DNA of 60,753 nucleotides, taken from assembly GCF_001194135.2 (NCBI RefSeq), contig NC_068982.1, positions 30,477,782 to 30,538,534 of the forward strand, written 5' to 3'. How positions within the stretch are numbered: the first letter of the stretch is position 1; the number at the start of each line of letters is the position of its first letter. Source of the stretch: Octopus bimaculoides (lineage: Eukaryota). The notes below the pieces were generated by a model. That model did no database searches. It was not told where the DNA came from and was given only the letters and a program-made list of their open reading frames with translations. The position numbers and the translations under genes were made by a program. Below, one piece after another: positions 10,501 through 23,821 of the stretch.

Positions 10501-12470
10501 AGCATTGTAGACTCAGTTCCTATAAGTGTAATACTGGAGGCCTCTGGTAAACTTATATCAAAGTTGTTCCTTGACTAACAAAATTATTAACACACCAGTG
10601 ACTGTCCCCATCCCCATCATTCCCCACCCTAAATAGATGTTTGGTCAACAGCATTACGTGGCAAGTTTTACAGATACTTCCAGTTAGTCGTACCTACAAA
10701 CCAGTAGATATTGCTGTGGATCAAGGTGCAATAGTTTTAAATTCATCGGAATTCAGTTCTGCCACCTTACTGACTACCTTTAAAAATATCACCCACCGCT
10801 ATGCAAGAGACCACACATTTGTTCAAATAATGTCACTACCTACACAACTACACACTCAATAATAACCCGTATATTCATCCATTTTTAAGGTCACTGAGAG
10901 AAACCTGGGGGAGATTTTGTTTGCACTTTGGTCCTTGCAGAAGTTTGATTGTGTCACACTGCACCTCAGACCATGAACCAATGTGCATCAGAAGGTGCAA
11001 CATCCTCAAGTAGATGGAATATGTTATGTATAGAGCTATCAGTGTGCTCATCAGATCAAGCAATTTAGCTGACTACATGTGCCATAGCTTTGTTTAATCA
11101 GAACTGACCTCATGTAAATAAATCATCAACACATTGTTACTATGGGCAGCATCATACATCATTGTAAATAATTTCATTATATTCAAGCATACTTCATCTC
11201 TTTGTGTACAAAACTCTCAGCTAAATGACTAAGTCAGAGAGCACATGGTTAACAGCTGGAATATCTATTATGAATTTGGGCAGTTAAAAAATTGTTTTTT
11301 TTTTATATCAAATTGAAAAAGATTGTAATTTCAGCTAAACTTTATATGAGATAACTTTGCATGCAACTCATTTTACTCTTATTGTTTTGTTTTGTTTCCA
11401 ACACCTGTAAAGAATTTCAGTATCTTCATAGAATGAGATTATTTTATATTAGTATTTAACATCTGGCCCTTCAACATTGAATCTGGTACAGCTGACTTCA
11501 TTTCTAACAGAAATAATTGTATATTTCAAAAGTTCTGATGCCAACAATTTTTACCCTCCTGCATGTCCAAAGCATTTTCATAAGTTTGTCTTAAACATCA
11601 CTGCTTGTTTTCTGATTTTTAGTTAGCCTTTCATTTCATACATTCTAAGTAATATAAAGCTCTTCTTTGAAAGTCCCCTGGTTACTCTGGTGGTGGCAAC
11701 GGCAGTGGTAAGAGGGAATGCACTGTAACAATGTCTCACAGGATTCACCATTTGTTGGTAATTCCCTACTCTTGTCAAATGACACCTTTGAACCACTCAG
11801 GTACCAACATTCCAACCCATGGGTCTGTTTGGGTAGTCATTGCTGGTGAGGGTTTTATGAGGTCGATGTGCAAATCCTACCTCAACCTCACTTAGTCAGT
11901 TTTTACAACATGCAGAAGAAACATTGGCTTTATACTACTCTGGTGGTTGAAATCAAAGTGGGAATGTGTATCATTATGATGGATGGACACTAGGGAAATA
12001 TGTCCTTTGTGTCACATGTGAGACACAGAACAGGTGAAGGATTAAATTTCTTGATGAAGTGTAAATAATTGATGAACTGGAACTGTTGAAAATGTTTATT
12101 ATTAAAATTTTTTTTTAATTTCTACAATTTGTTATAAAACATCTCATAATTACCAATGAAAATAAAAACACAAGAATATTATTTTATTGTGGAGATTGCA
12201 TCAAAGAATGTTAAGTTTGCCTTTATAGTGAGCTGTCATTTGGTTTTATGATTCCTGTTCTTTATTGGGTATGACTTGAATGCATTTAGCTTTTCCACTT
12301 TTGCATTTTTGATTCAGCACCAAATATGCATGCACCTCAAAATAGTTGCAATCTTAGATGTTTCAGCAGGACTACATTCTATGTTATAGCTCAAGCCTTT
12401 ATCATTAGTTCTCTCCTTGAGATAAAGGTTAGCAAAACTCACATAAACACACATATGTGTTGTATGTGTA

Positions 12471-12556
<86 letters not shown>

Positions 12557-12572
12557 CACACACACACACACA

Positions 12573-12727
12573 CCACCCACTACACTCTCTGAGTGGTTGG
12601 CATTAGGAAGGGCATCCAGCTATAGAAACTCTGCCAAAACAGATGGTTTAGCCATCTGGTTTCACCAGTCCTCAGTCAAATCGTCCAATCCATGCTAGCA
12701 TGGAAAGCGGACGTTAAACGATGATGT
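12573..12727 (+). mobile_element. RTE-tail-like short element (3' part)
   Basis: Matches the 3' half of 3865-4168 and ends GGACGTTAAACGATGATG. Confidence 0.8.
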
Positions 12728-12916
12728 TGATATAATTGTTGAAGAGGACAACAAAAGTTAAAGCAAGGCAAACATCTCAAGTCATATACATTATTATCAC
12801 GGGAAAAAATTCAAAATCTTGGCTATAACCTTGGAGCCCTAGTAATCTATTACAGCACTTACCTAGCATACCTAATTGTTTAGATCACCTGTGAACTAAA
12901 CCCCATATTTTGTATG

Positions 12917-12965
<49 letters not shown>

Positions 12966-12970
12966 ATGTC

Positions 12971-13145
12971 TACAATGTCTGATCAAAAAGTATCAGGACT
13001 GATACTATAAAAAGAAACCTACAGCACATCTCAATTCAGCATTTAATCTCCTTTGAAGTTGTACCCTTCTGAAGCCACACTTTATCCAGTACTGTTTCCA
13101 TTGATGGAAGCATTCCTGGGAGTCCTTTCGGGAACAGCGAGTAGC
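12971..13145 (+). mobile_element. Mariner-like transposon terminus
   Basis: TACAATGTCTGATCAAAAAGTATCAGGACT resembles mariner TIRs and is followed by a mariner-like subterminal sequence. Confidence 0.55.
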
Positions 13146-13605
13146 TACCTCATTTGCCCAGGTAGATGGCACTGTATGATTTGTAGGAAAGGTGTAAGCA
13201 GGAACTCTATACAGTGTACCCGTTGTAAGCTATGGATGCACAAGAGGTGCAGTGGATTAATAGGAAGATTACCAGAACTATTTTCTATAGTTATTATGGA
13301 TCCTGTGCAACTTCCACACATGAGCACTATCTTCTCTGATAATCTTTCTATTAATCCACTGCACCTCTTGTGCATCCATAGCTTACAACGGGTACACTGT
13401 ATAGAGTTCCTGCCTACACCTTTCCTACAAATCATACAGTGCCATCTACCTGGGCAAATGAGGCAGCTGCTTGCTATTGCCAAAAGGACCCCCAAGAATG
13501 CTTCCATCAATGGAAACAACACTGGATAAAGTGTGGCTTCAGAAGGGGACTACGTCAAAGGAGATTAAATGCTGAATTGATATGTGCTGTAGGTTTCTTT
13601 TTATA
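13006..13605. repeat. Long inverted repeat: two 271-bp arms, 58-nt spacer
   Basis: 13006-13276 is the reverse complement of 13335-13605 with about 17 mismatches counted by eye. The inner part encodes an RTE-type Cys/His finger (GRWHCMICRKGVGRNSIQCTRCKLWMHKRCSG). Confidence 0.95.
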
Positions 13606-13742
13606 ACTGGTACTTATTTAATCGACCCCCGAAAGGCAAAGTCAACCTCGACGGAATTTGAACTCAGAACGTAAAGACAGATGAAATAGCGCTAAGCATT
13701 TCGCCTGGCATGCTAATGTTTCTGCCAGCTCGCCGCCTTAAT
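13606..13742 (-). mobile_element. tRNA-headed SINE family B (3' truncated)
   Basis: Minus strand AAGGCGGCGAGCTGGCAGAA...GAGTTCAAATTCC...GGGTCGATTAAATAAGTACCAGT. Confidence 0.85.
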
Positions 13743-13944
13743 GGTATATATGTATGTATATATGTGTATGTATATATAATATATACATATATAGATATAT
13801 ATATACATATATACACATGCGTGTGTGTATATGTAGTTATGTATACATATGCATATATATATATATAATACAAAGAATATATATACATGTATACACACAT
13901 ATATGTACATACATACATCTACATGTGTATATATATGCATATCA

Positions 13945-14070
13945 GGGTACAGGACGTTAGAACAATAAACTACAGACAACGGAACGAACACATAGGAAAA
14001 CGGAAAGCCACTTGGAATATCCCTTCATCAGCTGTCTCTATTCTATCTAGACGTTTCGAAGATATACATT
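13945..14070 (-). mobile_element. Penelope-like repeat fragment with split hammerhead motifs
   Basis: Minus strand contains CGAAACGTC and CTGATGAAG in permuted order. Confidence 0.35.
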
Positions 14071-14766
14071 TGTGTCTGTGTATATGGTTATGTATGTATG
14101 TGTATACCCACATGTATTCAGCTACCAAATTCCACTCAAACCATATCTTGCCATCATCTTAAAAGAGCAAGATACATTAAATGAGGTAGTTCTGGATATA
14201 TTACCTTGAAGACATAGGATTGCATGATCAGAGCTAAGCCATGGATAAACTTAACAATAACTCTTGTGATTTTGGATGCTAAAGAGTTACGATCCTAATC
14301 TGTACTGCCAAATATATTTAGTTATGTTCCATTATAACTACAAAATATCAATCCATTATGCATCATTGCCCAACATCAGATATTATATATATGTGTGTCT
14401 ATATATGTATGCATATATATATATATTATATGCATACATACTCATTGAAAGATAAATACATACATACATCTATCTATCTATATTTCTCTGAGATGCAGGT
14501 AAATTTCTATATTTCATGTCATTTCATTGTATTGTGAGAAACATTGTTTCATACTTGTTTTATTTAAACGTATATTTTTCTACTAAAAGGAAATGAATTT
14601 TATTGTGATAAAAAGATCATTTTCTCAGCACTTTCCAAATGAAAATTTTATTGCTAATGGTAACTTTACACCTCTTTTTCCACAAAGGGAAATATTTCTG
14701 ACAAGCAGGAAATCCCATTCTTTTGGCTTCAGTTTTAGAATAGAAAAGTAGCTAAAATATGGCCAG

Positions 14767-14865
<99 letters not shown>

Positions 14866-15085
14866 AATACATACATACATACATACATATATATATATAT
14901 ACACACACATAAATATACATACATATATATATTTATAAACGATGAGGACGTTAAACGATGATGATGATGATGATGATACATGCATACATATATATATATA
15001 TATACATGTACATATATATACAGACACACACACACATATATATACACACGCACATATATATATATATATACAGACACACACGCGC

Positions 15086-15144
<59 letters not shown>

Positions 15145-16090
15145 CCTTCTTTTTTTATTGTCCTCCAACAGTTATATTTTATTCTTTGTTAGATTTCATA
15201 AAGCTATTTGGTTTTTCGTAATTTCCCTTGAGTATCTTTTTCTCTCTCCCCCCCCCCTCTCTGTCTCTCATTCTCTCTTTCTTTCACACACACTTTCTGC
15301 TTTTTTTTTTCTTCATTAATTTTTCTTGCTATTGTTTTCTTTACTGTGAACATCTTTTTCTGGTTTTGTTGTTTTTTCGTGGAATATTTTAAAGAAAACT
15401 TGTTTTATTTTGCATTTCATTTCTGTTTGAGTTCATCATTTTCATGTTTTGACTTGTGATGTTTCCTGTTGCTAGCTACCTACTTTCCATTATACCTGCA
15501 TTTAATGGTGTTGAGAGGTTTTCTTGCCATCATTACAACATGTCATTCAAAATATTCCAGCAGCAGTCTCATACTGTTCCTTACCACTCCCACTTCATTC
15601 AAATGACAACCCTATTGAATTGTGCTGGCTCTACTTTCCCTTACCAATCCTTTTCCACTTGTCTTTTCTCACTTCATAGATTTTACAGATAAATGGTTTA
15701 TAGCAAGATTGGATTTTCACTTAAGGAATCTGATTGGATCCTTTCCTAAGTTGTCCTGTTTTTTTTTTCTTCTTTTTTTGGGTGTATTTCCTATTTTTCT
15801 ATTGTTCTTAGGAAAGAAATTTTAGTTCTTCCTCAATTGGGTAGATGCGCTTTAATTCCAGATGGATTGGTTGAAGTAAGTATTAAGTATGGAATTCTGG
15901 AGAAGCAATTCGGTGCAGATATTGAGAGTAGTTTGCTTGGTGTGTTTTGTTAATGACAGTATTGAATTAACATAGTTCATAGTTACCTTTACTAAGTCCC
16001 AAGTCAACCATAATTGAGCAGACACTTCTGACAGGCTTCTTTACAGTTTCTGTTTACCCAATTTCAGTCACAAGGTATATATATATATAT

Positions 16091-16091
<1 letters not shown>

Positions 16092-16124
<33 letters not shown>

Positions 16125-16590
16125 GTTTAATGTCCGCTTTCCATGCTAGCATGAGTTAGAAGATTTGACTGAGGACTGGCAAACCAGATGGCTGCACCAG
16201 GCTCCAATCTGATCTGGTAGAGTTTCTACAGCTAGATGCCCTTCCTAACGCCAACCACTCCGAAAGTGTAGTGGGTGCTTTTATGTGCCAGTCTGGCAGT
16301 ACTGGCAACGCCCATGCTCAAATGGTGTTTTTTACGTGCCACCTGCACAGGAGTCAGTCCAGCGGCACTGGCAACGACCTCGCTCGAATGTTTTGTTCAC
16401 GTGCCAGGAAGGCGACGCTGGTAACAATCACGCTCAAATGGTGCTTTTTGCGTACCACTGGCACGGAAGCCAGACAGCTGCTCTGGCAGTGATCCCGCTC
16501 AGATGGAGCTGTTAGCGCTCCACTGGCACTGGTGCCAGTCATTGAATTTGGTTCAATTTCAATTTCATTTGCCCCAACAATTCTTCGCAA
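16092..16590 (-). mobile_element. RTE-tail-like element, long version
   Basis: (CAT)n followed by CGTTTAATGTCCGCTTTCCATGCTAGCATG; reverse complement of the 3865-4168 family. A diverged copy follows at about 16618-16810. Confidence 0.8.
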
Positions 16591-16944
16591 GCAGAGTTTA
16601 GTGTCTATATATATATATTCATCATCATCCTTTAGCATCTGTTTTCCACACTCCAAGAGATTGGACAGTTTGACCAGATCTGACAAGCTGGAGAGCTGCA
16701 CCAGGTTCCAGTCTAATTTGGCTAGATACCCTTCAAAGCACCAGTCACTTTACAGTGTATGCAGGGTGCCTTTAACCTGGCACCAGCGTGAGTGCTCTTA
16801 CATGGCACTGGCCTGAGTATTTTTTATATGGCACCTACATAGGACTCTTACAAGCCAGCCCTCTTCACCAAGAAGAACAGCCTTAACACCTCTGCTGTGG
16901 AGGACAGGTTTTATATATGAATACACACATACACATGCATGCAT

Positions 16945-17620
16945 GGTGTTCAGGCTAAATTTGACAGTTTGCATAAAAGAAAAAGGAAACAATATTCCAT
17001 CCAAAAATAAAAGTATTGTATAAAATCAAAAACTATGAATTAGATTATGACTGGAAGATAACAGTTTACTCAGAAGTAGCCACCCTCAGCTTCCACTGTG
17101 TCCTCCCGACAGCTCTGGAACCTGGTGCATGCATTCCTCACTGTGCACCTGGGAAGGTCTCTACACATTGCTTTGATTTTGACCACCAGCTCACCCTTAG
17201 TGTTGTGAGCTGAGTGGTTGGTGTCTTTCTCAGCAACCACACATGGTAATCCATGAAATTAAAATCAGAGGAATCAGGAGGTCAGAAATTGGTGCTGGTG
17301 GAGTAAAGCAGTTCTCTGACAACCACTTCTGACTCTTTCCACAGGTATGGCAAACTGCTGAATCTTGTTGTCACACATATGACCTTCCAGCAACAACTGT
17401 CTCCAACCACAGTCTCTAGCAGCTTCATATAGCCATCTGAATTGAGCCTAAGGCCCTGTTCAAATATGTGGAGCAGCATAACACCCACCTCATTGGAGAC
17501 TCACCCAAAGGCCTTCACATTTTGGATGAACTTGGTTTTCATGCCATCCATGTCACGTCTTACAGCCCTTACAATGTTCACAGAGCATTGAGCAGCAGTC
17601 ATGATGTCAACATTTTGATA
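16945..17620 (-). mobile_element. Tc1/mariner (maT/DD37D-like) transposase remnant
   Basis: Minus strand GVMLLHIFEQGLRLNSDGYMKLLETVV...PPDSSDFNFMDYHVW, a degenerate WPPxSPDLNPxDY motif; stops present. Confidence 0.75.
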
Positions 17621-17797
17621 TCCATCATAAATTACATTGATACAGACAACTCTTTTCCAGTGTTTCTCAACTACATCTATAATCTTTATGCTCTCTAATG
17701 CTGTTGACTGTTCACTTCAAGGTGTTTCTGAAAAAAAGAAGATGTAAAAAAAAATCATCAAATTTAGCCCAAACACCCTATATATATATGTATATAT

Positions 17798-18073
17798 NNN
17801 NNNNNNNNNNNNNNNNNNNNNNNNNNNNNNNNNNNNNNNNNNNNNNNNNNNNNNNNNNNNNNNNNNNNNNNNNNNNNNNNNNNNNNNNNNNNNNNNNNNN
17901 NNNNNNNNNNNNNNNNNNNNNNNNNNNNNNNNNNNNNNNNNNNNNNNNNNNNNNNNNNNNNNNNNNNNNNNNNNNNNNNNNNNNNNNNNNNNNNNNNNNN
18001 NNNNNNNNNNNNNNNNNNNNNNNNNNNNNNNNNNNNNNNNNNNNNNNNNNNNNNNNNNNNNNNNNNNNNNNNN
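17798..18073. other. Assembly gap (N run)
   Basis: N run. Other gaps at about 18797-18948, 28497-28881, 32683-32796, 34396-34618, 40473-41241, 49332-49453, 52242-52499, 55974-56466 and 57828-58013. Confidence 0.99.
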
Positions 18074-18081
18074 ATAGACAC

Positions 18082-18240
18082 TAGCATGGCTGTGTGGCAA
18101 GAAGCTTGCTTCCCAGCCACATGGTTCCCGGTTCAGTCTCACTGTGTCGCACCTTGGACAAATGTCTTCTACTATAACTTTGGGTTGACCAAAGCCTTGT
18201 GAGTGGATTTGGTAGACAGAAACTAAAAGAAACATGCCAA
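18082..18240 (+). mobile_element. SINE family A 5' half
   Basis: ATGGCTGTGTGGCAAGAAGCTTGCTTCCC...GTGGATTTGGTAGACAGAAACT. Confidence 0.85.
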
Positions 18241-18261
18241 CATTGGTTGTATATATATAAT

Positions 18262-18425
18262 TGACAGGCTTCTTTCAATTTCCATCTACCAAATCTACTC
18301 ACAAGGCTTTGGTCAGCCTGAAGCTATAGGAGAAGACACTTGCCCAAGGTGTCATGCAGTGGGACTGAACCTGGAACTATGTGGTTGGGAAGCAAGCTTC
18401 TTACCGCACAGTCACTCCTGCACCT
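18262..18425 (-). mobile_element. SINE family A 5' half, inverted relative to its neighbour
   Basis: Reverse complement of the family A head and body. Confidence 0.85.
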
Positions 18426-18455
18426 ACACACACACACATGCATACACAAATATAA

Positions 18456-18492
<37 letters not shown>

Positions 18493-20404
18493 GGGAGAAT
18501 GTAAGAAAAAAAACAACAACAGACGAGGACAAGTTGTGTAAACAACAAAAGGATGTATTAGTTTGACGCTCAAGAATACATGTGATACATATATACGCAC
18601 GCACACACACACACATATATATATAACCTTGCCTATTACATCATACTGTGGGAGACAGATTGAACCTCAGATTTCATCAAAGCAAAGTGAACTTCTCAAC
18701 CATTCAGCCATAGTACTTCACCTACAATGCATGCTTACAGGCAGAAGAAAAAAATCTTAAACTATTGTTCCAGAACCCTGGTTTTAAGTATGTGTANNNN
18801 NNNNNNNNNNNNNNNNNNNNNNNNNNNNNNNNNNNNNNNNNNNNNNNNNNNNNNNNNNNNNNNNNNNNNNNNNNNNNNNNNNNNNNNNNNNNNNNNNNNN
18901 NNNNNNNNNNNNNNNNNNNNNNNNNNNNNNNNNNNNNNNNNNNNNNNNATATATATATATATATATATATATAAAAAGAATGAATATCATTTCATCTACA
19001 TGCCATCACTTATCAAACATTCCATTAGACACGCAAAATTTCAAGTTATTGATTTACCTATATTAGATTGAGCAGCTGTATGCTGTTAGCTCTGATTGAA
19101 CTTTCATACTCTATTTTAAAAAGGATGTCAGCAGTTTGTCAACAAAAATGTTGGTGGTAGTGGTGGTGGTGGTGGTGGGAGATATAAATCAAAATAAAAC
19201 ATGATTTTTGACACTTTGATCTACCAAAATGCTAACCTATAATTTCTGATCTTCACATATTCAAGAAACTTCTTTAAAACACTGGAAGGCATGATTTCCA
19301 TAAAATAACTAAAAAGGTATTTCTTATTACTTCACTTAGAGTCTTCCTTATGTCTAGGTTTTATTGCTAACTATATTCAGCTATTGAAAAATGTTATTTT
19401 CTTTAAACATTTAAAAACATTTTTGGAACTTCTTGGTTTTTATTTCTTGTATGGAACTAATGAAAATGATGCCAGACTAGACAATGGATGAAATTACTAT
19501 ACTTTTTGTAGTTCAGATCTTATTAGCTACAGCTCAGCAATAAAAGCTATGCAGTTTTACAGAAACATTTCCAATTAATCTCTTTAAATTCTTAAAAGTT
19601 TTGAAACAAAATTATCTTTATTTTCTTTATTTCATATCTCACTGCATTTTATTATTCATATTTGTTCTATTTTTTAGTTTGTTTTTTGTTGTATTTTTTG
19701 GACATTTATAAATGTAATTTTATAAAAATCACTCGAAAAATTGTACTTATTGCAACAACTTATGTTTGTACTAAAATATATAGTCATTTGTTGTCCATTT
19801 TTTAATAATGTTCAGCCTTAAGAAATATTTCATTACACTTAAACCTTTTAAAAGTTTGGTATTTGTGTATTTGTTCACACAAAAATATCAGATGTGGATG
19901 CTAAACAAACAAAAATCAGAAGTGAATTCAATTAATTCTAAAATTCTAGAATTACTTATCATGTATTTCCTATTTGTAAACTGTGTGTGTGTGCACGTGC
20001 GTGCATGCATGTGCAAGTGTGTGTTTGTGTCTGTATTTATTGTTAAAATGCACTAATGCTGTATCATCACTATTCATAATTCTGTATATCTAATGTATAT
20101 CTATTACTCTAATACCAACAAAAATTGGTAGGAATTTGCAGTGATGGATGATAGATGCCTGAATTAATGACAATAATAAGAAAATATTGTTTTCTATCGT
20201 CCCATACTTTAATTTTGTTTATTGTTTGTGACAATTCGAATTGGATGGAAATGTTGTATCTTCAGAGCCAGAATCACCAAATTTACTGTAGTTCGCATTC
20301 CATAGAGAAATATTGTCCTTACTGATAAGCTATCTCTAGTTGTGAATTGGGGTTATGGCTTGGCGCACCTTACACATATTTTGTTGGTCAGTGATTGATA
20401 GTTA

Positions 20405-20560
20405 TAGGCAAGGCTATGTGGTTAAAAACATTATTAAATGACCACATGGTTTCAGGTTCATGTCTGCTACATGGCACCATCCAAGTGCCTTCTTTGCAGG
20501 CCCTGAGACAACCAAAATCATATCAGTGGATTTGGTAGATGGAAACTGAAAGAAGCTTGT
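20405..20560 (+). mobile_element. Diverged SINE family A 5' half
   Basis: GGCTATGTGGTT...GGTTCA...GTGGATTTGGTAGATGGAAACTGAAAGAAG. Confidence 0.7.
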
Positions 20561-20899
20561 GTGTGTGTGTGTGTGCATATATTTTTGTGTCTAATTGTAA
20601 ACAAATGTTACTGTCATACAAGCAGTGTAATATATTCATAATCTTATGTAAAGTCTCTCCTGACACTGGTGCTGTTTATCTTCAAAGGGTGAAGGAAAAT
20701 GTAGATTTGAAACACCTGAGGGTTTGTGGCAGGAAAAGCATCCTTTTATCGCCTCAACAGAGAGACAACTAAAGGGATTCACAATAGGAAGAGCATTCAG
20801 CTGTATAACACTGCCTTAAAAAGTACCTTCTAACTCATGCCAGCATGCAAAAATGTAGGCAATTGCATTGATGGTAAAGATTTATGCATGTGCATGTAT

Positions 20900-20934
<35 letters not shown>

Positions 20935-21188
20935 TTGCACATGTTATCATCAAATGGACAATTGCAGAAAATACTTGGAGTTGCTGATAAAATCTTAGTA
21001 ATAGATTGTTGCTAATCTGGTTAATCCCTCTTTCTTTCTTTTTTTTGTATATAAACATATTGTATATAAAGACTCGGTTTTTATATCTATCTGAATATAA
21101 TATTGGCCTTCAGCCCCATACATCACTCTTTCTCCCCATGTACTATGCTTCACCCCCATTTTCTTGCAACCGACTCAACTGCACATCA

Positions 21189-21305
<117 letters not shown>

Positions 21306-21919
21306 CATATCTACTGTATCATTATGACTATTCTGCTGCTCTTCACCTTCATTTTTCTACTCTGTCAGTCATCACCTACTCTCTCTCCCCTACCTCCAAC
21401 CAACTCACGTATATCATAGGACACCCCACTCACTTGTCTACCAATCTCTACATCCACCCGTCAACCCTATCTGATTTCTACAGTTATCACCTACTCTTCC
21501 TTTATCTTCCCTGCATATCATCCCTCACGACTTGTTCTCCATTCAGTATATTCCTCTTCTCACCAATTCTCATCTCCATCCTTCTCTCACTCTCCTATAC
21601 ACTTATGCAACCTCTACTCACCTACACTCCCTGTTCACCTATCTCCACTCACTTCAACTCACCTTGTACCTTGAAGGTCCACCTTGATACCTCATCACTA
21701 CTATTTTTATTTTTTCCAGCTCCACTCCAGTCACTCCTGCCTTATCTTCTAAAACCTGAGTCACCGTGTAGCATCATTACAAGAAGAAACCAGTTCTGGC
21801 CCACCTCTCTTTGTACTGTAGCCCCACTAAGCCTAAGGGGATTGATTTTAATCTTGCAAGCTGCATGGCAATCTCACTGGTGCTGGTGCCACCAACCCCC
21901 CACCCCCACCCCCACCCCA

Positions 21920-22080
21920 GCACACAGTGTAAAGTAACTGGCATTAGGAAGCACACCCAGCTGTAGAAACCATGTGAAATTAGACACTGGAGTGTGATGA
22001 GGTCCTTAGGCCCATCAGATCCTATCAAACCATGCAGTCCATGCCAGTATGAAACGTGGATGTTAAATGGTGATGATGAG
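21920..22080 (+). mobile_element. Diverged RTE-tail-like element
   Basis: GGCATTAGGAAGCACACCCAGCTGTAGAAACC...CCATGCCAGTATGAAACGTGGATGTTAAATGGTGATGATG. Confidence 0.6.
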
Positions 22081-23339
22081 ATCATAGTGATCTCTCTCTT
22101 TCTCCCTCCCCCTTTTATGCACACACGCGCACATACACACATACACATAGGCATAAACATGGCTGTGTGGATGATTAAGATGTTTGATTTAGAAGCATGT
22201 TGTTAGGGGTTCAGCCCCACTATATCGGCTGTGTCCTTTGATGTTCTGTACTATGTAAATGAGTTGATCAATACTTTGTGACTGAACAGAAAACATTAGA
22301 TGGAATTGAGAAAGCCTATTATTGTGTGCGTATTCATGTGTGTGTGTGTTAGTGTGAATGAATTTATAATTCCCCTTGTCTTCTTCATGTGTTTTTTCAC
22401 CAAGTGTAAACAAGAAAGTCTTTATTCAGATGATATCATTTACTTCTGATCCTCCATGTAACTTCGTTCATCCTGTTCACTGTCTGGCAGACTGGGATAT
22501 TACTACCTTGGTTGGATAGAAAACTTTGTTCTAGTGTAGTTTGATCTGATCAATACAAGCATGGAAAAGTAGACATTAAAAGATGATGATGTTGATATTA
22601 TCTGTTATAATGTAAAATGTAAAAATTCATGAATTTGCTTGTCAGCAGTTAACTGATTATTCCAATTTAATTGCAATGACCTAAATTGGAAGTTCTTGAT
22701 TGATTAATATAGGGTGTTTGTGTATATTGTTGGATAGATCTCAGAAGGCTGCTGCAGCTTAGAGAAGGGAATTATCTTCAGATTAGAAGACCTAGGATCA
22801 TGATAAAATAGATTTCAACCATCCCTTCCCATCATAGCTTTTGTTTTTGTTGACTTTCCCTTGTTATCTAACTCTTCCAGTTATCTGACATTTCTTATAC
22901 TTCAATTAAGCATCATTACTTAAAAAAATAGTTAGGCATGTTATTTGTCTCCCTCTATTTTGGATATCTTCACATGCTGTTATTTTGTGTGCATTTTATA
23001 ATTGGCTTAAACGTTATTCTTCTAATATATTTCATTATGTAATTAATAAATTTCTTAATCTTAGACATTTGTAATTAGATTTTTTTTTATTTCTCATTTC
23101 ATTTAGTATGGAAGTAGATTATGCTTATGATCATTTTGTTACTGTTGTTATATTACTATTATTATCTTAATTAAATAATTAAATTTATTGTTTATTTTTT
23201 TCATTTAATAAGCCAAAAATGTAGGTGGACTTATTTTCCAGGAAAAAAAAATAATACTTATCAGATATGTCGGTTTGTAATTTTGCATATGTTCACAGAA
23301 AGATGCATGATCATATATATTACACACACACATGTATAT

Positions 23340-23396
<57 letters not shown>

Positions 23397-23821
23397 CACA
23401 TATACATATACACACTTACACACACATACACACGTGTGTATGTTGCAGTGTGTTTACTTAAGTTGAGGCATATTTTCATATCTACATATATAATGTCTTT
23501 AATATCTTTGCAACAATAATACGCTTCAAATAAAGAAGCCATAAACATCATCCTTCATTATCATTATCATCATCTTCATTCATGTTAAATATGTTTTTCC
23601 ATTCTAACATGGTTGGAAGAAATTTCTAAAAACAACAGCCTTCCACACAAATTATTTTACTGAATATTCAATGCGCTCTTTCACCACATTTTGGATCTTC
23701 AAGTACTGTATTTTGCTGAGGTGTGGTTAGAGTTTCCAATACTGGATAGCTCTTCTATTTGTCAACAGCTGTTGTAATGCAGACTACACATGGTTATAGG
23801 GAAAATGGTAATAGAAAAGTA

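Noticed and set aside
13053-13529. Two overlapping antisense ORFs with a PHD-like Cys/His motif as a host zinc-finger gene
   Set aside because: The motif matches the finger found in RTE LINE proteins, and the mirror ORFs arise from the inverted repeat.
14625-15319. Poly-YI/HT/CV ORFs
   Set aside because: Translations of (TA)n/(CA)n microsatellites.
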